A DNA stretch of 32,000 nucleotides from Synechocystis sp. PCC 6803 substr. PCC-P (lineage in GTDB: Bacteria > Cyanobacteriota > Cyanobacteriia > Cyanobacteriales > Microcystaceae), in assembly GCF_000284455.1 (NCBI RefSeq), contig NC_017039.1, positions 810,001 through 842,000 on the forward strand. Reading direction: 5' to 3'. The position numbers and the translations under genes are program-made. Under the pieces are notes generated by a model, which saw only the letters and a list, made by a program, of their open reading frames with translations, ran no database searches and was not told where the DNA came from. How positions within the stretch are numbered: position 1 is the first letter of the stretch; each line of letters begins with the position of its first letter. Positions 1 through 8,221 of this stretch are shown in pieces.

Positions 1-913
1 TTTAGCAACAGCGGTGAGTTTTTTAGTAATTCAAAATTTTGTCGGGGTGGGTATGGCTTCCCTATTGGGGCAGGCGTTACCAGTGGGTTTACTCTCCGGG
101 TCCATTTCCCTGAGTGGTGGCCATGGCACGGCGATCGCCTGGTCTCCGGTTTTTTATGATAACCACGGCATCCGTAATGCTTCGGAAATTGCCATAGCCT
201 GTGCCACTTTTGGGCTGGTGTTCGGGGGCATTGTGGGAGGCCCCATCGCCAAATTTTTAATTATCCGCAATAAGTTAGAACCGGATTGTGACACTAAAGA
301 TTTGACCATTGGCATCCGGCGAGATCAGGACAATGTGCAAATTGATTACAACACCATGCTCCACACCATTTTAGTCATTGGCGTTACCATCGGTCTTGGC
401 TATGAAATTAACGATCTGGTTGCTAAGTTGGGGTTAATGTTGCCGGCCTTTGTTTCCTGTTTACTGGCGGGGATCGTGCTCACCAACACCATTCCCCTCG
501 CTTTTAAAAAATTCCCTTGGCCGGCGGAAACCCCTTCCCTCGCCCTGATTTCCGACGTTAGTTTGGGACTATTCCTGGCCATTTCCCTGATGAGCCTGCA
601 ACTCTGGACCTTAGCCGACATTGGCGGAGTGATCGCCCTGATCCTCCTGGTCCAATTCATGGCCACAGTGCTCTACAGCATTGCTGTTGTTTTTCCCCTC
701 ATGGGGCGTGACTACAACGCAGCGGTAGTTTGCTCCGGTTATTCCGGTTTAACCCTGGGGGCCACCCCCACGGCGATCGCCAATATGACCGCAGTGACGG
801 AAAAATTCGGCGCCGCTCCCCAGGCTTTCATCGTTGTACCCTTGGTGGGGGCCTTCTTCATCGACATTGCCAATGCCTTTGTGATCCAGCAATTTCTCAA
901 TTTTCTTGGCTAG
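1..913 (+). CDS. gltS: Sodium/glutamate symporter GltS, C-terminal ~300 aa (5' end outside window)
   Basis: The reading frame is open from the window edge (frame of nt 2). The track's M at 14 is a GTG inside an open frame. The product is polytopic and hydrophobic, with the paired GltS-family motifs GGHGTAIAW and GATPTAIANM. Confidence 0.8.
   Translation, partial: LATAVSFLVIQNFVGVGMASLLGQALPVGLLSGSISLSGGHGTAIAWSPVFYDNHGIRNASEIAIACATFGLVFGGIVGGPIAKFLIIRNKLEPDCDTKDLTIGIRRDQDNVQIDYNTMLHTILVIGVTIGLGYEINDLVAKLGLMLPAFVSCLLAGIVLTNTIPLAFKKFPWPAETPSLALISDVSLGLFLAISLMSLQLWTLADIGGVIALILLVQFMATVLYSIAVVFPLMGRDYNAAVVCSGYSGLTLGATPTAIANMTAVTEKFGAAPQAFIVVPLVGAFFIDIANAFVIQQFLNFLG
131..138. repeat. HIP1 highly iterated palindrome GCGATCGC (one example of ~21 copies)
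   Basis: I counted copies by eye starting at 131, 773, 2173, 2599, 2803, 3830, 4876, 8694, 9540, 10523, 10745, 12579, 12852, 16579, 17536, 18820, 22390, 25252, 26923, 30010 and 31844. About 0.5 copies would be expected by chance in 32 kb. Confidence 0.9.
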
Positions 914-1176
914 ATCTATTGTGAAAAAAAGAGGGATGAGGCGCATTATTAACGGACAGCAACAGCCACCCCAACCCGCAGGCTAGAGTGGACTCAGTTG
1001 CCAAAACATGACATGATTCCGTTGGAGCTGAGCTCCTTGGACAGGAATGGAAGCGAAAACAGACCACTTCTTCCCCCAGTTCAGGTAGAGTTTTTCCCCA
1101 GAACCTAATCTGGAGTCAACTTGCTAAGAGAGACCAGCCCGGACAAAACCAATACTATTGCCTAGAAACCGCTCAG

Positions 1177-1500
1177 TTAACGAGTTCCAGCGCCTACAGG
1201 AGTTTTGGTGCTAGGGGTGGGTAGTTGATACTCCCGCAGACTGGGGAATAGAAAATGATTCTCTTCCACATACTGGGCCCCAAACAGTCCCTTCTCGGCC
1301 CAAAAATATCGATCAGTAGTGTGCTCATTTCGTTTTACAATGAGCAAGGCCGGGGGCTGAATTTCGTTAGCTTGGATGTAGCGACGAGCGGCCGTGACAG
1401 GCTTATCCTCGCCGCTTTCAATATTAAACTGAGGAACAAGCTCCAAAATCTTACGACCTTCTTGACGACGACGACTCTTCCGTTTGCGTTTACGTGCCAA
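1177..1500 (-). CDS. Small basic protein of unknown function (107 aa), TTG start
   Basis: AGGAGG (complement of 1509-1514) lies 8 nt upstream of a TTG at 1500-1498. The ORF has no Met codon elsewhere. The N-terminus ARKRKRKSRRRQEGRK is polybasic. It looks like a cyanobacteria-restricted DUF-type family, but I cannot name the family with certainty. Confidence 0.6.
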   Translation of the reverse strand: MARKRKRKSRRRQEGRKILELVPQFNIESGEDKPVTAARRYIQANEIQPPALLIVKRNEHTTDRYFWAEKGLFGAQYVEENHFLFPSLREYQLPTPSTKTPVGAGTR

Positions 1501-1743
1501 CCCAGTTACCTCCTATTTCAGCTATATGCTGTAATGATAGTTACAAAAGCCGTGCCGATTATATCCGGTCTAATTCTAAATATCAAGCCCCTCAAGCCCT
1601 TGCGGCGCTAAGGGGATCGCTGATTCTAAACACCATTTAGGTAGGGTTTCACCCCCTAAAACTGCCCCCTAGGGCCATAAGTAGACCAATTCAAATCTTA
1701 ATATTTCTTAACATTTCTGGGGTCTAGCCCCACCACAAGCCCC

Positions 1744-3048
1744 ATGGCCGGTTCCATCTCATCAATGTATTCCCCCAGTGCTGGGTTAATTTCCCTTTGT
1801 CAGTCACAGGTTCGGCTTTTGCAACAGGGATTGCGGGTGGACTGGTGCGGCGTTTATCTAAATCAAGAAGAAACGGAACAGGGATTGGTGCCGCTGGTGG
1901 TTTCCCATGGTTCAACGCTGGTTGAGTCAGAAAGTTATGGGTTAATAAGTCTACCACAAGGAGAGGTGTCTCCCCCGATGGACGATTTTTCTTTGCCGGC
2001 AGTTCCCGTGGGGGTAGGCCAGTTAAGTCGTCGTAGTCGTTTGGAACCTCCTCCCTTCGATGCAGATAAGCGCTTGGTTTTACCTTTGGTTTATGGGGAG
2101 GAAATGGTGGGGCTGTTGGTAATTCACCGCAGTCAGGGCCAGTGGCATGGGGAGGAAATGATGCAGTTGGAGGCGATCGCCAAATCCTTAGCGGTGGCCT
2201 GCCTATTGGACCAACAACAGGATTGGTATCGCCAGGCTTGGGAGGAACAAAATCAACAATACCAGTGGGAGCGACAACATTGGGCTGACCTCTTGCACCA
2301 ACTCCGCAATCCCCTCACTGCCCTAAAAACTTTTAGTAAGCTACTGCTCAAACGTTGGCACGGGGACAACAAAAGTCAACAGGTGGTGGAAGGCATTGTC
2401 CGCCAAGGGGAACACCTCCAGGAATTGTTACAAAGCTTTGAAGCAAGTCAATCCCAAGGCCCCGAAGCCGTGCCCCTGTTGTCAAGTTCCCCAGTGACCA
2501 CAATTCAGGTTTTGCCCCCGGCGGACCGGGTGGAAACTATGCCTCTGGCCAATTTTTCCCTAGGGGAGGTTTTGCCTCCCATTTTGCTGGCCCATCAGGC
2601 GATCGCCGCCGAGAGAAATATCACTTTAACAGCCCAAATTGCTTTGATTGATACCGTGGTGATGGCTAACCGTTTAGCTTTGCGGGAAGTGGTTAATAAT
2701 CTTTTGGACAATGGGATTAAATACACTCCCAATGGTGGCCTCGTAGAAGTTAGTCTTGCCTTAGAAAAAGTGTCATCTTCCGGAATGGATTGGGCCACAT
2801 TGGCGATCGCCGACACGGGTTATGGCATTCCCCCGGAGGATCAACAGAAAATTTTTGAGCGTAATTATCGTGGTGTTCAGGGCCGAGGCTCCATTAATGG
2901 CACTGGTTTGGGTTTGGCGATCGTGGCGGATTTGGTAGCCCAGATGGGGGGCAAAATCACCGTCACTAGCCCCAACGGTTTATCTCGCGACCCAGACCAA
3001 CCAGGCTCAACTTTTACCCTCTGGTTACGCTCTGGAGAACAAGTGTAA
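1744..3048 (+). CDS. hik2: Soluble sensor histidine kinase with N-terminal GAF-like domain (Hik2 / chloroplast sensor kinase CSK type)
   Basis: ATG start. H-box HQLRNPLTAL, N-box NLLDNGIKYTP, G1 DTGYGIPPEDQQKIFE and G2 GTGLGLAIV are present. No hydrophobic transmembrane segment is visible. The position next to gltS matches my memory of slr1147 in PCC 6803. Confidence 0.85.
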   Translation: MAGSISSMYSPSAGLISLCQSQVRLLQQGLRVDWCGVYLNQEETEQGLVPLVVSHGSTLVESESYGLISLPQGEVSPPMDDFSLPAVPVGVGQLSRRSRLEPPPFDADKRLVLPLVYGEEMVGLLVIHRSQGQWHGEEMMQLEAIAKSLAVACLLDQQQDWYRQAWEEQNQQYQWERQHWADLLHQLRNPLTALKTFSKLLLKRWHGDNKSQQVVEGIVRQGEHLQELLQSFEASQSQGPEAVPLLSSSPVTTIQVLPPADRVETMPLANFSLGEVLPPILLAHQAIAAERNITLTAQIALIDTVVMANRLALREVVNNLLDNGIKYTPNGGLVEVSLALEKVSSSGMDWATLAIADTGYGIPPEDQQKIFERNYRGVQGRGSINGTGLGLAIVADLVAQMGGKITVTSPNGLSRDPDQPGSTFTLWLRSGEQV

Positions 3049-3282
3049 TCAGGATTAACAGTTAAATTGGCCCAAAGATTTCCGAGAGTTTCAGATAGAT
3101 AACGATATGGCGGTGATGGTTATTTCACAAGTACGGTGGGCAAACATGGGGATGAAAATACGGTCACCAAATATGTGCAAAAACAAGGAAAGGACTATTT
3201 GCGGCTACATCAAAACTTTCAACTAAGTCTCTTCTAAATTCTTTCGATACCCCGATGCTTGCGGCGGGGTTATTCATTCCCG

Positions 3283-3849
3283 ATGCGAATCCCTTACGAA
3301 AAAGCAATTGAGAATCTTGACCTGCTGGCCAATCTGCGTATATTCGATCCAATCGTGATCGGAACGCCGCCGCTTGGAATTGATGTGTCCAACAGCGATA
3401 TCGACATTGCTTGTTATTGTGACGATCTTGACCGATTCGCAGGATTCGCAACGCGTCAGTTTGAATCTCAAGATGGCTTTCAAATTCGACACGGAACTTT
3501 TCAAAATCATGAATCCATCATTGTTCAGTTCAATGCGTTTGAATGGGACGTTGAGATTTTCTGCCAGCCAATTCCGACAAACAAACAGTGGGGCGTACGG
3601 CATTTTCGGGTTGAACAGCGGTTGCTGGCTTTGTCTCCTAGTCTAAAATCAACCGTGACGGAATTGAAACGTTCTGGCTTGAAAACCGAACCTGCGTTCG
3701 CCAAAGCTCTTGGATTGGCTGGTGAGCCTTACGTGGCAATCCTTGGGCTCGAGCAAACCGACGACCGTGAATTGTTGGCATTAACTGCTACTTGCAAGTC
3801 TCTCGCCGCCTCCACAACTTCACCGTTGGGCGATCGCCTTAAACCCTAG
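3283..3849 (+). CDS. Minimal Pol-beta-superfamily nucleotidyltransferase, DUF4269-like (188 aa from ATG; the track ORF starts at an upstream TTG at 3259)
   Basis: The motif G-T-x10-D-I-D-I (GTPPLGIDVSNSDIDIACY) fits hG[GS]x9-13Dh[DE]h. A downstream acidic strand, WDVEIF, is present. Size and overall pattern resemble DUF4269 proteins. The start is uncertain between 3259 and 3283. Confidence 0.6.
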   Translation: MRIPYEKAIENLDLLANLRIFDPIVIGTPPLGIDVSNSDIDIACYCDDLDRFAGFATRQFESQDGFQIRHGTFQNHESIIVQFNAFEWDVEIFCQPIPTNKQWGVRHFRVEQRLLALSPSLKSTVTELKRSGLKTEPAFAKALGLAGEPYVAILGLEQTDDRELLALTATCKSLAASTTSPLGDRLKP

Positions 3850-4053
3850 GGGGATAGATGGGTTAGATTTGTGAAAGTAGAATGGCCTTTTGCCTTGCTC
3901 AACCATTGCCTAAGTCCTGGCGAGCTGGGAAATGGTCGCTTGCTTTTAAGACTTATGTAACCTTGTTAGACCAAAGGTAAATCGGGTTTCCCGTTACGAA
4001 ATCTCTCCATTTGAACATATTAGTCAGTTTCCCTGTCAATCATTTCTTTCTCC

Positions 4054-5859
4054 ATGACCCCGTCCCCTGCTGCTCCCCCGTCTGATAATGATTGGCGCTT
4101 GTTATTGCGTCTGCTTCCTTACGTCAAGCGCTATCCCAAGGAACTGGCGGCGGCGTTAGTTTTACTGATTCCTGTGGCTTTTTCTGGAGCAGTGCAACCC
4201 CTAATCATTGGGCAAGCAGTTTCCCTGTTGCGGGAGGAACCAGCCTGGGGCTTTTTGGATGCCATGCCATTGGATAGGGCCTTACATACCCTAGTGATTA
4301 TCTTGGCAGTCACCATTGTCATTCGGTTGCTATTTTTGGGGTTACAGGGCTTTATTGTGCAAAAAATGGGGCAGGAAATTACCGCCGATGTGCGTCAGGA
4401 TTTATTTGAACATGTCACTTCTTTGTCGGTAAACTTCTTTCACCGTACCCCTGTGGGCCGTTTGGTAACCCGTATCACCAGTGACGTGGAGGCATTAGGG
4501 GAAGTATTTGCCAGTGGGGCGATCGGTGTGGTCAGTGACATTGTCTCCATTCTGGCTATCATCGTGACTATTTTTTGGGTGCAATGGCAGTTGGCCCTGC
4601 TACTGGTGGGGATGTTGGTGCCGGTGACTGTGTTGATTATTTATTTCCAGCAACAATATCGCAAAGCTAACTACCAAGCTCGGGAAGAGTTATCCCGCCT
4701 TAATTCCCAGCTTCAGGAAAATGTGGCCGGTATCAATGTGGTGCAATTATTCCGTCGGGAAGAGTTAAACAGTCGTTCCTTTCGTCGCGTGAATGAAAAA
4801 TATCGTCGGGCAGTGGATAAAACTATTTTCCATGACTCTGCTGTGTCGGCCACCTTGGAATGGATCAGTTTAGTGGCGATCGCCGGGGTGCTGGGTTTGG
4901 GGGGCTGGCTAATTTTGCGGGATAATCTGGAATTTGGGGTGTTGGCGGCGTTTATTCTGTACGGACAACGGCTATTTAATCCCCTGCGACAGTTTGCGGA
5001 TAAATTCACCATGTTTCAATCGGGCTTTACGGCGATCGAGCGCATTGGGGAATTAATGGAAGAACCGGTAGAAATCAAAGATCAAGCGGTGATTACCCCC
5101 ATTGAAATCAATGGTGCTTTGCGGGGTAGCCATGGGGAAATTTGCTTTGAAAATGTTTGGTTTGGCTATAAACCAGACGAGTACGTGCTGAAAAATTTAA
5201 ACTTCACCATCAAACCCGGGGAAAAAGTCGCCCTAGTGGGGCCAACGGGGGCAGGAAAAAGTTCGATTATTCGTCTACTGTGTCGCCTGCACGATCCCTC
5301 CCGGGGTCGCATTTTAGTCGATGGCATTGATATTCGAGAACTGTCCCAACAGCAACTGCGCCGTTTTATTGGCGTCATTCTCCAAGATAGTTTCCTCTTT
5401 GCCGGGGACGTGAAACGGAACATTACCCTAGGGGAAGAATACAGCCTGGAAGAAGTGCAACGGGCAGCCCAATTAACCAGCGTCGATCGCCTGATTGAAG
5501 AATTACCCCAGGGTTACCACACCCAATTACGGGAACGGGGTAGTAATTTGTCAGGGGGACAAAAACAGTTACTAGCCTTTGCTCGGGTGGCCATTCGGGA
5601 ACCCTATGTATTGGTGATGGATGAAGCCACTGCTAGCCTAGATGTCCGCACTGAAGCGGATATTCAAGCGGCTTTGTTACATTTGCTCCAGGATCGTACT
5701 TCCATCATCATTGCCCATCGCTTATCGACCATTCGCAATGTAGACCGCATTTTCGTGCTCAAACACGGGGAAATTGTGGAAACTGGCAACCATGACCAAC
5801 TATTAGACCTCAAGGGGCTTTACGCTAGTTTGTACCAGTTACAAATGCTGGGGGGCTAA
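4054..5859 (+). CDS. ABC exporter, fused permease/ATPase half-transporter (MsbA/ABCB-like)
   Basis: The N-terminal half has about 6 hydrophobic helices. The C-terminal NBD has Walker A GPTGAGKSS, signature LSGGQKQ, Walker B VLVMDEATASLD and an H-loop AHRLST. Confidence 0.92.
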   Translation: MTPSPAAPPSDNDWRLLLRLLPYVKRYPKELAAALVLLIPVAFSGAVQPLIIGQAVSLLREEPAWGFLDAMPLDRALHTLVIILAVTIVIRLLFLGLQGFIVQKMGQEITADVRQDLFEHVTSLSVNFFHRTPVGRLVTRITSDVEALGEVFASGAIGVVSDIVSILAIIVTIFWVQWQLALLLVGMLVPVTVLIIYFQQQYRKANYQAREELSRLNSQLQENVAGINVVQLFRREELNSRSFRRVNEKYRRAVDKTIFHDSAVSATLEWISLVAIAGVLGLGGWLILRDNLEFGVLAAFILYGQRLFNPLRQFADKFTMFQSGFTAIERIGELMEEPVEIKDQAVITPIEINGALRGSHGEICFENVWFGYKPDEYVLKNLNFTIKPGEKVALVGPTGAGKSSIIRLLCRLHDPSRGRILVDGIDIRELSQQQLRRFIGVILQDSFLFAGDVKRNITLGEEYSLEEVQRAAQLTSVDRLIEELPQGYHTQLRERGSNLSGGQKQLLAFARVAIREPYVLVMDEATASLDVRTEADIQAALLHLLQDRTSIIIAHRLSTIRNVDRIFVLKHGEIVETGNHDQLLDLKGLYASLYQLQMLGG

Positions 5860-5957
5860 TTATCCTACCGGGAATCTCCCTGGTATCATCATTGGTACAT
5901 CACTAACTTTGCTGACAGATTTTCTGATAAATTCAGCGCAATTGTCTAATCATTGTC

Positions 5958-6470
5958 ATGGATATGAAATTTTTCATCCTTTGCCGACCATTAATTTCAT
6001 TTGGCCTGGTCAGTACGATTTCCCTGGCTCTGCCTGCTACGGCCCAAGGCGACCAAAATTCTGGCAATCAGTGGGACGGGCAAATTGATCTGCCCGATCG
6101 CCAAATGTTTGCCGTTGTCCCTTTTACAGAACTTCCCCAACGGACATTTTGGCAATGGTCTAATCTCAATACACTTACTAGTCCAAATCAACTCATCCAA
6201 CAGTTCTACGGCCAACCTTTGTTGCCCCAGCAGTTAGGGGAAGGGAATTTCGGTTGTTTCCGCTCCAAGAGTGCGACGGCCACTGTGGTTGGCGATAATT
6301 CCGTCGCTGTTTTGCTCACCCAAATGGGTAGTTGTGATGATTCCGTTAGTGGGCACCAAACCAGGGTAGATTTTATCCCCATTGGCGATCGATGGCAGGT
6401 GAATTGGGTCGGGGAAAGGAGCCATTGTCGGGCGCGTTTCTGGGCGGAACCAGGGCAACTCTGTCCATAG
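5958..6470 (+). CDS. Hypothetical secreted protein (170 aa) with N-terminal signal peptide and 5 Cys in the mature part
   Basis: ATG start. The hydrophobic leader ends in ALPATAQG (AxA-like cleavage site). I recognise no family. Confidence 0.5.
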   Translation: MDMKFFILCRPLISFGLVSTISLALPATAQGDQNSGNQWDGQIDLPDRQMFAVVPFTELPQRTFWQWSNLNTLTSPNQLIQQFYGQPLLPQQLGEGNFGCFRSKSATATVVGDNSVAVLLTQMGSCDDSVSGHQTRVDFIPIGDRWQVNWVGERSHCRARFWAEPGQLCP

Positions 6471-6552
6471 CTTTTTTCTGCTTAAAAGAGGGTAAGTGCC
6501 GCTGAATATTACTATGAAATTCCTTTTGGTTGCCCAAATTTTGCTGTTTGGA

Positions 6553-7218
6553 CTAACGGGAGAAGCTGTTAAGGGTAGTAATCACATCGGCCATATTGTT
6601 GGCCAACATAGCAGGGGTATTGAGCACTAAGCCTGGAAATTCTTGACTGGCCATCAATCCATTGTCGTCGGGACTCAGGCGTTCATATTTTCCATTCACT
6701 AGCACAAACCAATCAATTTCCCGGTCGATGGTGCGCCAAACAATGTACTCTTTCACCCCATGGTTTTCGTAAACTCGTTTTTTGCTATGGAGGTCGTAGG
6801 AAGCAGTGCTGGCGGCAATCTCCACCACTAACTCCGGGGCACCGCTGATGTAGTCATCTTCATCTATCTGGGCATTCCCCCCTAAGCGAAAAAGAATAGC
6901 ATCAGGTTGAAGTTCGTTTTCATCGTCTAACCGCACAGTGGCCTCAATACTAACCGCTAGTCCAGTTCTTTGGGCTTGGTAAGTTATTAGCCAACCAATG
7001 ATTTGACTATGGGGTTGACCATGGTAAGTGTGACGGAGGGGAGAAGCCACGTGGACGATTCCTTCAATTAGCTCAGCTTTTTTGATTCGAGATTCAGCAT
7101 AAATTCGCTCAAACTCTTGACGATTGAGGTGATCGCCATTTTCAAGAATGGCAACTCGGGTGGGAGAATTGGTGGTGACCATGGGGGAATGCGCCATAAT
7201 TTCCGTTTTTTCCATCAT
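6553..7218 (-). CDS. Uma2 family (DUF820) PD-(D/E)xK nuclease-fold protein
   Basis: The characteristic pattern is present: PDAILF ... APELVVEIAS ... K..Y...GVKEYIVW. The start is ambiguous between the GTG at 7224, ATG at 7218/7215, or the later ATG giving MAHSP. Confidence 0.75.
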   Translation of the reverse strand: MMEKTEIMAHSPMVTTNSPTRVAILENGDHLNRQEFERIYAESRIKKAELIEGIVHVASPLRHTYHGQPHSQIIGWLITYQAQRTGLAVSIEATVRLDDENELQPDAILFRLGGNAQIDEDDYISGAPELVVEIAASTASYDLHSKKRVYENHGVKEYIVWRTIDREIDWFVLVNGKYERLSPDDNGLMASQEFPGLVLNTPAMLANNMADVITTLNSFSR

Positions 7219-7237
7219 AGTCACCCTGGTTGAATGC

Positions 7238-8065
7238 TTAAGTTTGGGGATTGTTATTGATCTGGCTAAACATGGGAGAAAGGTACGCTACCAGGGCACC
7301 CAGGCTAAAGCCCATTAAATTGCGGAACAGAGGCAAAAAATCACTGGTGCGGGTGACAACGGGGCCAATACCAAAGGCAATGACCAGAATTCCCCACAGA
7401 GGCGACATAATCAACACCCATTGCCACGCAAAGGTCTGATTCGGCGATCGGGGAATGGCCGCAAAGCCAAAAATCAATCCCCCCACAATGGAAGTTACCA
7501 AGGTTAAAATCCACTGTTCCCTGGGCAGTCCAGGCACCACATTACAACCACCTTTGAGCAAACAACCTTTAACTGTTTCCAGCGCTTCGGTGATAGCTAG
7601 ATTTTCGCCATTATCTCGAATGTAGTACATATTGCCGAAACGAGCCTGCATCTCAATCCAAAAGGTGCGGGGCATCAACTCATACACTTCATCCCCGATA
7701 CTAAAGGCTAATAAATTTCCCCCCCTTGCATCAGCCACCAATAAAATACTTTTGTCGTCTAGGCCCCAAAAAGGAATCACCGCCCGCCCTGGACTCCGGT
7801 CGTACTGGGTTAACACCCGCAATTTCCATCCCGTTTCTACTTCAAAACTATTTAGATCGTCGATTAACTGAGCTTCTTGGATTTCCGGTAAAAAGTTGGC
7901 GAGATCCACCACGGGAGTTTTTTCCTTCGGCAACAACTCAGGATTATTCACCGCCTGGGCCGGGCTCGCCGGGCCCCACCACAGCATTAAAGATAAACTA
8001 GCGGCCAAAAGCCAGACAAAATTTTTGCTGAAACGGGTAGCAGAGGACGGCAAATGGACAGCCAT
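7238..8065 (-). CDS. TPM-domain (DUF477 / TLP18.3-like) membrane protein with signal peptide and C-terminal transmembrane helices
   Basis: The signal peptide ends in PAQA. The TPM-like core is VVDLANFLPEIQEAQLIDDLNSFEVETGWKLRVLT. Two or three hydrophobic helices lie in the last ~90 aa. Confidence 0.7.
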   Translation of the reverse strand: MAVHLPSSATRFSKNFVWLLAASLSLMLWWGPASPAQAVNNPELLPKEKTPVVDLANFLPEIQEAQLIDDLNSFEVETGWKLRVLTQYDRSPGRAVIPFWGLDDKSILLVADARGGNLLAFSIGDEVYELMPRTFWIEMQARFGNMYYIRDNGENLAITEALETVKGCLLKGGCNVVPGLPREQWILTLVTSIVGGLIFGFAAIPRSPNQTFAWQWVLIMSPLWGILVIAFGIGPVVTRTSDFLPLFRNLMGFSLGALVAYLSPMFSQINNNPQT

Positions 8066-8156
8066 AGAGTTTTTCTTTAAGTTTCTTCACAGTTGTTTAC
8101 CTTATTTTAAGGTATTGCCTCCGTTAAATTTTCATACCGGCTGATCTTTTCTGGAC

Positions 8157-8190
8157 AAAAAAAAGCCCCCTAACAATCAGGAGAGGGGAC
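8157..8190 (-). terminator. Rho-independent terminator of tktA
   Basis: The minus-strand RNA GUCCCCU-CUCCUGAUUGUU-AGGGGGC forms a 7-bp stem with one G.U, followed by U8. It lies 31 nt after the tktA stop. On the plus strand the G.U becomes a C/A mismatch, so the structure is strand-specific. Confidence 0.65.
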
Positions 8191-8221
8191 AGTGAGGAGT
8201 TTTAAGCTTGGGGGCGAGGGA

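Noticed and set aside
1024-1036. A 13-bp perfect palindrome, GGAGCTgAGCTCC, in the gltS-downstream spacer
   Set aside because: It is too short for significance, allows no RNA hairpin (1-nt loop), and has no adjacent promoter elements.
1255-1611. A 118-aa plus-strand ORF overlapping the 107-aa minus-strand gene
   Set aside because: The minus-strand ORF has a perfect SD and a domain-like sequence. The plus-strand product is low-complexity (LTTFLTTTTL) and has no RBS.
3107-3226. A 39-codon plus-strand ORF (MAVMVISQVRWANMGMKIRSPNMCKNKERTICGYIKTFN) in the hik2-NTase spacer
   Set aside because: It has no SD, no hydrophobic or other recognisable architecture, and no supporting frame evidence. It is probably a chance ORF in AT-rich DNA.
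3164-3603. Two minus-strand ORFs (95 aa and 109 aa) antisense to the nucleotidyltransferase gene
   Set aside because: The plus-strand ORF carries a clear catalytic motif. The antisense products have no motif or RBS.
3820-3906. A 28-codon minus-strand ORF overlapping the NTase 3' end, in the AIA frame of the HIP1 copy at 3830
   Set aside because: It is very short and is supported only by the HIP1 frame and a weak AGGA. I mention it under the HIP1 finding but do not call it a gene.
5866-5885. A 7-bp hairpin (TACCGGG-AATCTC-CCTGGTA) 7 nt after the ABC exporter stop
   Set aside because: No U-tract follows it, so I cannot call it an intrinsic terminator. It may still stabilise the 3' end.
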